Below, piece by piece: positions 16,643 to 26,425 of a stretch of DNA of 64,000 nt. This DNA comes from Auanema rhodensis. Taxonomy: Eukaryota; Animalia; Nematoda. The translations under genes and the position numbers were made by a program. The notes beneath the pieces are model-generated. The model did no database searches. It was given only the letters and a program-made list of their open reading frames with translations, and was not told the DNA's origin. Position 1 is the first letter of the stretch; each line of letters begins with the position of its first letter. The DNA is taken from NCBI GenBank assembly GCA_964057225.1, contig OZ059896.1, positions 7,998,001 to 8,062,000 on the forward strand, written 5' to 3'.

Positions 16643-18760
16643 TGGGATTGTGTGGAGCGCCACACACTTTTCAATCCGCAGTACGATACTTGCAATCTCT
16701 TGTTAGATGCAATCTGTTTGTATATCTAGATGATTTGCTAATAATTTCGAACTCAGTTGAAGAACATTTAAGAGATATACAAAAAGTGCTGAAAAAGGTC
16801 ACTGAACTAGGGTTAAAAATTAAGTTATCTAAATGTTGCTTTGCAGCCACTGAAGTAAAATTTTTGGGTTTTGTAATAGGTAGAAATGGTGTTAAACCAG
16901 ATCCTGCTAAGATACAGGCTGTTTCCGAATTTCCAAATCCAAGTACAGTTACGGCTGTCAGATCCTTTCTAGGTATGACTAACTATTTTCGACGGTTTAT
17001 TCAAAATTATGCCGGAATAGCTGAGCCATTGTATAAGTTAACACATAAGGATACTCCTTTTGAGTGGAAATCGGAACATGCAGACGCGTTTAAAACTTTA
17101 AAAACATTACTGTGTACTGCCCCTGTACTGATACCTCCTAAAGCAGACCAACCTTTTGTTATAGAAAGTGATGGCAGTATGATCGTTGTGGGAGCAGTTT
17201 TATTGCAATCAGCAGAGAAAAATTCTCCATTACACCCGATTGCGTTCGCTAGTAGAAAGTTGACTCCAGCGGAACGGAAATATCCTCCTATTGAAGTTGA
17301 AGCACTCGGTTTAGTCTTTGCTCTTCAACAATTCCGTACCTATGTATTAGGAGTACCTACCACAGTTATCACAGATCACCGCCCATTAACCAGTTTAATG
17401 TCGCGTAAAGATCTCATAGGTAGATTAGCCAAGTATCAACTAATGATACAAGATTTCAACATAAAGATTGAATATCGTCCTGGCAAATTAAACAGTGTCT
17501 GTGATGTTCTTTCCAGGTATATAGGAAACGAAGCAAATGACAGTCGTCCTACAAAACCAAAGGACAAAGTAAAACCTGTTGATGCTTTCATTGCTCATAT
17601 TACAACTATTTCTTCTATTGACCAACTAAATTGTGAAGAAATACGGAAAGTTCAAGCTGGAGTTCCCTGGATTCGCGAAGCACTTTCTCAAATTAATAAT
17701 GATAACTGTCCGGCTAATATATCAGACCGGTATGAAGAACGAGAAAGCATATTACATGCAAAACAGGCAAAAAATTATTTAAAACCATCTATTATTTTGC
17801 CTCGAAACGACAAAATAACTGATGTTGTTATCAAGTTTTTCCATGAAGATTCCAAAATTGGTGCACACCTAGGTATAAATAAATCTGCTGATGCGATTCG
17901 ACGACGATTCTTTTGGACTAATATGGTTCCACAAATAACTGAATTTATTAATCGTTGTACAAAATGTGCAAGTAGGAAATCTAACCCACACCAATCGTAT
18001 ATTCAACCTATGGGAAGATTTGTTATACCCGAAAAGCCATTTGATCGTATTCATGTAGATATACTAGGTCCTTTACCTCGCACTAATGATGGACATCGAT
18101 ACATCTTGAGTATTCAAGACGCTTTTAGTAAATGGGGAACAACTTGCCTATTAATAACACAAACGGCTACTGAAATCACAAAAGCGTTTGTAATTAGATT
18201 TGTTTTCATATATGGACCACCAATGAGTATGATAACCTTTTTTTAGAAGAAGCTCTCTCTTCATTCGTGAATGAACAACAAACTAACTGGGATTTACACT
18301 TACCCAAAGTTATGTTCGCGATCAATACGTTACCAAACTCATCAACATATATTAGTCCATATGTTGTATTATTTGGTCGGGATGCAAGACTTCCTATTGA
18401 CCATCAATTGCCTGGAAATAATCTTCAAACTGAAGAACCAGCCAATCCTACAGAAGATTTTGTAAATAGATCGCTAATACAAAATGAAAGCACATCTAAT
18501 ATAGTAAAAGATAGAATTGAAACATGCACAAAGAAGAATGAACAATGGTACAATACACGAAATAGAACACAAAATAAAGAAATTCAGGTAAATGACTTAG
18601 TTATGATAAAAGTGAATTCTACTCGAAACAAACTAACACCTTCATTCGAAGGGCCTTATTTAGTTACAGCAGTTCAAAGATCTTTCGTCGTGGTTCAAAC
18701 AGATAAAGAAAAAGCAGAAGAGTACACAAGGACTTCGTCAAACCTTACCAACGAACAACA
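16643..18760 (+). pseudogene. Gypsy pol remnant: RT - RNase H - integrase with deleted integrase core
   Basis: YLDD, FLGF, RSFLGMTNYFRRFI. RNase H ESDGS, FASRKL, EALG, TDHRPL. Integrase H..HLG..C..C and HVDILGP. Breaks after YGPPMSMIT and resumes in another frame (VNEQQTNWD, SPY..LFGR, FEGPY). Confidence 0.9.
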
Positions 18761-19387
18761 TCTATTCCGGTTATCACAATTTCTTGAAGGTAGTTTTTTT
18801 TTTAACAAAATCAAATTGTTGAAATTTTTTTATTTTATTTTGTGCCATTTCTGATTGTAACACTTCTTTGTTGTTGATTGATTTTCTCTGAGAAGTCTGC
18901 TATTGTTTTACAAGGGTTTGTTTTATTACTCGAACTCTCATTGAGTAGATTTTTTTCAACATTCTCTTGTGAATCTTGCTATTTTTTATGCTTAATGATT
19001 ACTTGTATTCACCTTATGGACATTAGTCATACGGGTTAAACGAGTTTTCATTTTTTTGTACAGAACGGGCTCGACCTATTCTCAGGGTAACACCGTACCT
19101 GTACAACTCAAGAAAATGAACGACTATATCACAGTCGAATGGTTTAGAAGCAAAGCTCTCGTTTGCAAGCATTTTACTACTCAAGTGAATGGAATAGAAT
19201 CTACTCGATACTACATTTCGAATTCAACAAACTTGAAGAGACAATAGCTAAACTTTCAAATCGTATTGTATACATTTTTTTTTATCCACTACACCATGAT
19301 TTTTTTTTCCAACATCCAACTATCTTAAAAAGTGAATTAATTTATTTTGTTTTTGAACGAGGACTTTCAACTTTTTAAGGTGGGGGA

Positions 19388-19723
19388 TGTCACATCTGCA
19401 AGCACATGGTAAACATGTGCGCGCTATTCAAATAGCGGGAGCCTGAACAAGCCCCGCCTACAACATGGGACACACATGACACTCTTGCTTCTGGCCTAAC
19501 CCAGATAGGTTGTCTTATAGTCATGTGAGTCTCATCTCTTTATCATCTATATATATACTCTATTTAATACTTTATTATATCTTTTTATATTCTTTCTTAA
19601 TGTAATTCTTATATTGTATTTTCTTGTTATCTGATAATGAATCCTTTTCTCTTTGAGTATTTGTCTTAATAAGGAAATCGGGGCGTTCGGGTCTGCCTAC
19701 CTAAGGAACAAGGTAGAAGTACA
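19388..19723 (+). repeat. Probable Gypsy 3' LTR
   Basis: TG start directly after the polypurine tract. No partner LTR in the window, so the 3' boundary is a guess. Confidence 0.55.
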
Positions 19724-19961
19724 TATATCTTCCGACCATGAAAAGACGGGAAGAAACGATATGTAACGGATCAAATGGTAACAGCTACCTTTTTGAATGT
19801 ATTTTTATTGATATTGTTGAATGCACCCAGGAAAAAACTCAAATACAGTCCTGTGCGATGAAGGTTGCACACCCCTATGTTAGAGGCCCCAGAATTCCCC
19901 TTCAAACTACAAAAAAATTTTTTTTTTTAATTTCAAAAAGTTTGCGAGTTCATATAGTATA

Positions 19962-20808
19962 CAGTCATGTGTAAAAGAAAAAGGGCAAAACTTTCGAATG
20001 GTCTCCTGAAGTAGTGAGACTACAAAAAATTAAAAACTATGAAAAATAGAAATGGTGAGCAGACCACAAATCGAAAAATGCAAAAAAAACCAAAAAATTA
20101 AGACTTTATTAATATTTTGTCGGATACCCGAAATTATCAATCACAGCTTTGAGCCTTCTATTCATCGAATTGACGAGCTTCTTCAAAATACCCGGAGAAG
20201 TTTCTCGCCAGAGGATTCTTAGGCATCTGAACTTCTCGTCCTTGTTCGATGACGGAAATTGAGCCGCCCTTCTTCCCAAATCTCTCCATAGATGTTCGAT
20301 CGGATTCAGATCGGTTCTTCAATTCTGGATGACGTCTTCAATTCTGGATGACGTCAATTCTGGATGACGTTGAGCCAAGCGGACGATGGTGTTGTCCTGT
20401 GATGGTGTGGTCTTCGGTGGGCGCCCTGGTTTTGTATTCTTTATCATTGCTACTCCTTGGCTGTGATCCTTGATGATGGCTTGAACGCAGCTCTTCGAGA
20501 TAGCCGTAAAAGCAGCAATTTTTCGGGTTGCAAACCCTTCGTCTTTGAGCCTGAGGACTGTCTCCCTCATCTCGTTGCTGTATCTTCTGCCTTGAACCAT
20601 CTAAATTTGCATATTAAAAATGAAGCTGAATCATTTTAATTTCCAAAATAATACATTTCAAAGTTAGTTTTAAAAAATGAATTCAGCTTCATTTTTTAGC
20701 AACATAATTCCTAGCCATTATCGATTTTTTTCAGATTCCTAAATTGTAGTCTGAGCTCCAGATTCTAATATTTTCTAAATCTTGCCCTTTTTCTTTTACA
20801 CATGACTG
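19962..20808 (-). mobile_element. Internally deleted Tc1-family DNA transposon
   Basis: 27-bp TIRs CAGTCATGTGTAAAAGAAAAAGGGCAA, TA on both sides, transposase remnants inside. Confidence 0.93.
20109..20600 (-). pseudogene. Tc1 transposase with the central catalytic region deleted
   Basis: N-terminal HTH and GRPPKTT joined to the C-terminus DLNPIEHLW...SMNRRLKAVIDNFGYPTKY*. Confidence 0.92.
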
Positions 20809-21654
20809 TATATTCAGTCAAAATATATGTTAATATAACTAAAACTGATTTCAATATTATTTTTCTAAATTTATAAGGAAAAATAGTGTTTTTTGACTAT
20901 TTTGAATAATTCATCTTAATATAACAAAATTTGAGATTAGGAAAGAAGTTAATTCATTAGAAATATTTTAAAATGATTCTAAGCACAAAGCTCAATCAAT
21001 AACAAAGTTTTTGTCTGCAACATAGCTTCAAGCAAGTAAGCTTCAACATCTGAATCTAACTTGGTTAACGTACAACCAAATTCTCCCGTTTAAAAGAAAA
21101 ATTGACGTTTAGTGTACTCCTAACATTCTATCAAAAAATTGTTTCTGAAATCTTGATGAAACTTCTGAAATTCACGAAAGAAGACTTAAAGCAGTTTATG
21201 AAAATTTCGAAGACTTCAGAAAATACTTTTAAACATGATTTTTAAAATGTTTTAAACTTTTTCTAAATTCATTATCGTTTTTTAACATTCAAACACAGGA
21301 CTGTATGTGTTATAGTAAATGCTGTTATGTTATAGTAAATGCATGTTATAGTAAATGCTGTTAATCGTCGATCTGATTTCCGTAAAGATATTTGAAAGAA
21401 TCCTGATACTAAGTCGAAGTTTGTGAAGAATTTAGCTCCCGCTGCCATGTCAACTATGTCCGAAATGCTTGGTATTACATATGTTTGTTTGCGTGTTACG
21501 TTATTTAAGGCTGCGCTACGGAAGCCACAAGCACACGGTTTTCGCAGAGTTCTTAGTAGGATTCTTAGTAGCTAGAACATGCAACCAACAAGATAAACTA
21601 TTAAAATGAAGTAACATCTTTTGTATCAGAAAAATCGAGGGAAACGAAAAGGAT

Positions 21655-21727
21655 TGCTCCCGGTGAGGCTCGAACTCACGACCTTCAGATTATGAGACTG
21701 ACGCGCTGCCTACTGCGCTACGGAAGC
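21655..21727 (-). tRNA. tRNA-Met(CAT)
   Basis: Reverse complement of the canonical copy with a TTTT terminator. Confidence 0.96.
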
Positions 21728-21941
21728 CACAATCCCTGTGTTTCCGCAGAGTTCTTAGTAGGATTCTTAGTAGCTAGAACATGCAACCAACAAGATAAAC
21801 TATTAAAATGAAGTAACATCTTTTGTTTTCGCAGAGTTCTTAGTAGGATTCTTAGTAGCTAGAACATGCAACCAACAAGATAAACTATTAAAATGAAGTA
21901 ACATCTTTTGTATCAGAAAAATCGAGGGAAACGAAAAGGAT

Positions 21942-22014
21942 TGCTCCCGGTGAGGCTCGAACTCACGACCTTCAGATTATGAGACTGACGCGCTGCCTAC
22001 TGCGCTACGGAAGC
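21942..22014 (-). tRNA. tRNA-Met(CAT)
   Basis: Canonical copy. Confidence 0.96.
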
Positions 22015-22228
22015 CACAATCCCTGTGTTTCCGCAGAGTTCTTAGTAGGATTCTTAGTAGCTAGAACATGCAACCAACAAGATAAACTATTAAAATGAAG
22101 TAACATCTTTTGTTTTCGCAGAGTTCTTAGTAGGATTCTTAGTAGCTAGAACATGCAACCAACAAGATAAACTATTAAAATGAAGTAACATCTTTTGTAT
22201 CAGAAAAATCGAGGGAAACGAAAAGGAT

Positions 22229-22301
22229 TGCTCCCGGTGAGGCTCGAACTCACGACCTTCAGATTATGAGACTGACGCGCTGCCTACTGCGCTACGGAAG
22301 C
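22229..22301 (-). tRNA. tRNA-Met(CAT)
   Basis: Canonical copy. Confidence 0.96.
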
Positions 22302-22515
22302 CACAATCCCTGTGTTTCCGCAGAGTTCTTAGTAGGATTCTTAGTAGCTAGAACATGCAACCAACAAGATAAACTATTAAAATGAAGTAACATCTTTTGT
22401 TTTCGCAGAGTTCTTAGTAGGATTCTTAGTAGCTAGAACATGCAACCAACAAGATAAACTATTAAAATGAAGTAACATCTTTTGTATCAGAAAAATCGAG
22501 GGAAACGAAAAGGAT

Positions 22516-22588
22516 TGCTCCCGGTGAGGCTCGAACTCACGACCTTCAGATTATGAGACTGACGCGCTGCCTACTGCGCTACGGAAGC
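22516..22588 (-). tRNA. tRNA-Met(CAT)
   Basis: Canonical copy. Confidence 0.96.
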
Positions 22589-22630
22589 CACAATCCCTGT
22601 GTTTCCGCAGAGTTCTTAGTCGTGTCGTTA

Positions 22631-23196
22631 GTCGGTGCTCTTCGTCGTCAGTCCTGGAGATTCTGGTCCTCGGTCGTCGGTGCTCTTCGTCGTCAGTCCT
22701 GGAGATTCTGGTCCTCGGTCGTCGGTGCTCTTCGTCGTCAGTCCTGGAGATTCTGGTCCTCGGTCGTCGGTGCTCTTCGTCGTCAGTCCTGGAGATTCTG
22801 GTCCTCGGTCGTCGGTGCTCTTCGTCGTCAGTCCTGGAGATTCTGGTCCTCGGTCGTCGGTGCTCTTCGTCGTCAGTCTTGGAGATTCTGGTCCTCGGTC
22901 GTCGGTGCTCTTCGTCGTCAGTCCTGGAGATTCTGGTCCTCGGTCGTCGGTGCTCTTCGTCGTCAGTCCTGGAGATTCTGGTCCTCGGTCGTCGGTGCTC
23001 TTCGTCGTCAGTCCTGGAGATTCTGGTCCTCGGTCGTCGGTGCTCTTCGTCGTCAGTCCTGGAGATTCTGGTCCTCGGTCGTCGGTGCTCTTCGTCGTCA
23101 GTCCTGGAGATTCTGGTCCTCGGTCGTCGGTGCTCTTCGTCGTCAGTCCTGGAGATTCTGGTCCTCGGTCGTCGGTGCTCTTCGTCGTCAGTCCTG
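22631..23196. repeat. 45-bp GC-rich minisatellite, ~12.6 copies
   Basis: Unit GTCGGTGCTCTTCGTCGTCAGTCCTGGAGATTCTGGTCCTCGGTC. Confidence 0.98.
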
Positions 23197-23961
23197 TAAA
23201 AATGAAGCTGAATCATTTTAATTTCCAAAATAATACATTTCAAAGTTAGTTTTAAAAAATGAATTCAGCTTCATTTTTTAGCAACATAATTCCTAGCCAT
23301 TATCGATTTTTTTCAGATTCCTAAATTGTAGTCTGAGCTCCAGATTCTAATATTTTCTAAATCTTGCCCTTTTTCTTTTACACATGACTGTATATTCAGT
23401 CAAAATATATGTTAATATAACTAAAACTGATTTCAATATTATTTTTCTAAATTTATAAGGAAAAATAGTGTTTTTTGACTATTTTGAATAATTCATCTTA
23501 ATATAACAAAATTTGAGATTAGGAAAGAAGTTAATTCATTAGAAATATTTTAAAATGATTCTAAGCACAAAGCTCAATCAATAACAAAGTTTTTGTCTGC
23601 AACATAGCTTCAAGCAAGTAAGCTTCAACATCTGAATCTAACTTGGTTAACGTACAACCAAATTCTCCCGTTTAAAAGAAAAATTGACGTTTAGTGTACT
23701 CCTAACATTCTATCAAAAAATTGTTTCTGAAATCTTGATGAAACTTCTGAAATTCACGAAAGAAGACTTAAAGCAGTTTATGAAAATTTCGAAGACTTCA
23801 GAAAATACTTTTAAACATGATTTTTAAAATGTTTTAAACTTTTTCTAAATTCATTATCGTTTTTTAACATTCAAAATATATTTTTTCTAAATTTTTGTAG
23901 TTTGTCTGAGAAGGTATAAGGGTTTCTAGTGGGTGTGCAACCTTCATCGCACAGGACTGTA

Positions 23962-24431
23962 TGTGAACTAAGAGCTAAGCTTCATTCCTTGTCGTCTAAC
24001 TATTAGTCGTAAGAATTTCACTTCTGGTTGTGCAAAAGCGCATTTCTTGAGCTTTATTTTCATTCCTAATTTTTCTACTGCGTGCAATAATTCGTCGATG
24101 TCTTAGAGATGTTGTTCTCTTGTATCTGATATGACTAATAGATCGTCCAGGTAGACAAATAGTTTGCAAGAACATTTACTTTGCAAGTATCTTACAGCTG
24201 TTTGAAATGTATGTGGGGCTCCACAGAGACCCATAGGCATACGTTTGTATTGATACGTGCCTGATGTTATAGTAAATGCTGTTAATCGTCGATCTGATTT
24301 CCGTAAAGATATTTGAAAGAATCCTGATACTAAGTCGAAGTTTGTGAAGAATTTAGCTCCCGCTGCCATGTCAACTATGTCCGAAATGCTTGGTATTACA
24401 TATGTTTGTTTGCGTGTTACGTTATTTAAGG
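23962..24431 (-). pseudogene. Ty3/Gypsy reverse transcriptase fragment (a shorter copy lies at ~21350-21510)
   Basis: FDLVSGFFQI, TAF, RMPMGLCGAPHTFQ, YLDD. Related to but distinct from the + strand Gypsy. Confidence 0.9.
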
Positions 24432-24575
24432 CTGCGCTACGGAAGCCACAAGCACACGGTTTTCGCAGAGTTCTTAGTAGGATTCTTAGTAGCTAGAACA
24501 TGCAACCAACAAGATAAACTATTAAAATGAAGTAACATCTTTTGTATCAGAAAAATCGAGGGAAACGAAAAGGAT

Positions 24576-24648
24576 TGCTCCCGGTGAGGCTCGAACTCAC
24601 GACCTTCAGATTATGAGACTGACGCGCTGCCTACTGCGCTACGGAAGC
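24576..24648 (-). tRNA. tRNA-Met(CAT)
   Basis: Canonical copy. Confidence 0.96.
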
Positions 24649-24862
24649 CACAATCCCTGTGTTTCCGCAGAGTTCTTAGTAGGATTCTTAGTAGCTAGAA
24701 CATGCAACCAACAAGATAAACTATTAAAATGAAGTAACATCTTTTGTTTTCGCAGAGTTCTTAGTAGGATTCTTAGTAGCTAGAACATGCAACCAACAAG
24801 ATAAACTATTAAAATGAAGTAACATCTTTTGTATCAGAAAAATCGAGGGAAACGAAAAGGAT

Positions 24863-24935
24863 TGCTCCCGGTGAGGCTCGAACTCACGACCTTCAGATTA
24901 TGAGACTGACGCGCTGCCTACTGCGCTACGGAAGC
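24863..24935 (-). tRNA. tRNA-Met(CAT)
   Basis: Canonical copy. Confidence 0.96.
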
Positions 24936-24977
24936 CACAATCCCTGTGTTTCCGCAGAGTTCTTAGTCGTGTCGTTA

Positions 24978-25606
24978 GTCGGTGCTCTTCGTCGTCAGTC
25001 CTGGAGATTCTGGTCCTCGGTCGTCGGTGCTCTTCGTCGTCAGTCCTGGAGATTCTGGTCCTCGGTCGTCGGTGCTCTTCGTCGTCAGTCCTGGAGATTC
25101 TGGTCCTCGGTCGTCGGTGCTCTTCGTCGTCAGTCCTGGAGATTCTGGTCCTCGGTCGTCGGTGCTCTTCGTCGTCAGTCCTGGAGATTCTGGTCCTCGG
25201 TCGTCGGTGCTCTTCGTCGTCAGTCCTGGAGATTCTGGTCCTCGGTCGTCGGTGCTCTTCGTCGTCAGTCCTGGAGATTCTGTTCCTCGGTCGTCGGTGC
25301 TCTTCGTCGTCAGTCCTGGAGATTCTGTTCCTCGGTCGTCGGTGCTCTTCGTCGTCAGTCCTGGAGATTCTGTTCCTCGGTCGTCGGTGCTCTTCGTCGT
25401 CAGTCCTGGAGATTCTGTTCCTCGGTCGTCGGTGCTCTTCGTCGTCAGTCCTGGAGATTCTGTTCCTCGGTCGTCGGTGCTCTTCGTCGTCAGTCCTGGA
25501 GATTCTGTTCCTCGGTCGTCGGTGCTCTTCGTCGTCAGTCCTGGAGATTCTGTTCCTCGGTCGTCGGTGCTCTTCGTCGTCAGTCCTGGAGATTCTGTTC
25601 CTCGGT
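24978..25606. repeat. 45-bp minisatellite, 14 copies (6 of the TCTGGTCC type then 8 of the TCTGTTCC type)
   Basis: Direct reading of the units. Confidence 0.98.
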
Positions 25607-25641
25607 TCTGATTCCGTAACTTTAACCTTTTGATCACATCA

Positions 25642-25714
25642 GCAACCTGTGGGATTCGAACTCGGACTGTTTGAGTGCCAGTCTGTCATCTTATCCTTTC
25701 GGCTATTGACCACA
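25642..25714 (-). promoter_or_regulatory. tRNA-derived Pol III promoter-like head (A and B boxes)
   Basis: Minus strand reads TGTGGTCAA-TAGCCGAAAGG(A box)-ATAAGATGACAGACTGGCACTCAAACAGTCC-GAGTTCGAATCC(B box)-CACAGGTTGC. Spacing is tRNA-like but the stems are broken. Confidence 0.7.
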
Positions 25715-26425
25715 TTTTTATATAAAAGATAACTGTATGATAAAATATAAAATGGATATATCATTTATACATTAAGATAATATAGGCTCACTATAATGGT
25801 ATGTTCAAGGCGTTATATCTGGTTGATATGTTAAATTTTCCGAATATTGATCAGTTTTTCAGGCTCTGGAAGACAAGCTATAAACATTCTATGACTTATC
25901 TAAGTCAGATTAATTTGTGGAAAACGAAAACGATTGCTCCCAGTGCGTCTCGAATATGGATATTCACTGAATCTAACCGAAATTATTAAATCAAACCCAA
26001 TAAATTTACTAACTTGTGGTAAAAAATGTTTTTTCCCTGTTTGAACTCTTGTTAGGCATGATATCATTGCTCTCGTTTTCAACCATGATTTAGAGAGCAA
26101 TATCATTAGATGAACCGAGAGCAACTCTTATCTTAAGGTTGCGTTGTAGAACGTGTTACCATCGTGTTTCTATTGATTATGTTCCTGAATGCTTAAGCTG
26201 CTGTCAGTTTACAAGAGATAACTATTTAATCGTTTTATACTTCTTGTTTCGTGATTATATACTTAGCTACCTTTGATGTAGAACTGTTCGACAGAAACCA
26301 GCTACCAGTTTTTTGTCTAAAGTCTCAGTTTTCATTGTGTAGTATTTCCTCGTACTTGTATAATCATGGAATTTTGAAAGTTTTTTATTCATTTTATGAT
26401 TGTTATTTTTTGAGAGAGCTGGGTA

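Larger units (their letters stand above)
16643..19723 (+). mobile_element. 5'-truncated Ty3/Gypsy LTR retrotransposon (pol remnant, PPT and probable 3' LTR)
   Basis: Begins mid-RT (GLCGAPHTFQ). PPT AAGGTGGGGGA is followed by TGTCACA at 19388. LTR end is uncertain (~19723). Confidence 0.88.
21512..22620 (-). repeat. Inverted tRNA-Met array, 287-bp unit (4 full copies plus a 5' fragment)
   Basis: Same tRNA with a diverged spacer that carries an internal ~84-bp duplication. Confidence 0.95.
19846..23959. mobile_element. Non-autonomous Tc1/mariner-type element (MITE, ~0.68 kb originally), expanded by a nested Tc1 and a duplication
   Basis: 29-bp TIR CAGTCCTGTGCGATGAAGGTTGCACACCC at 19846-19874 and its reverse complement ending at 23959. 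Both are flanked by TA. AT-rich non-coding interior. Confidence 0.85.
20615..25606. repeat. Tandem segmental duplication (copy 1: 20615-23196; copy 2: from 23197)
   Basis: Tc1 end, MITE body, Gypsy RT scrap, minus-strand tRNA units and the 45-bp repeats occur twice in the same order. Confidence 0.93.

Noticed and set aside
22551-25637. 200-240-aa repetitive ORFs on both strands
   Set aside because: By-product of a stop-free 45-bp unit. The starts fall in antisense tRNA or Tc1 sequence, with no domain or splice support.
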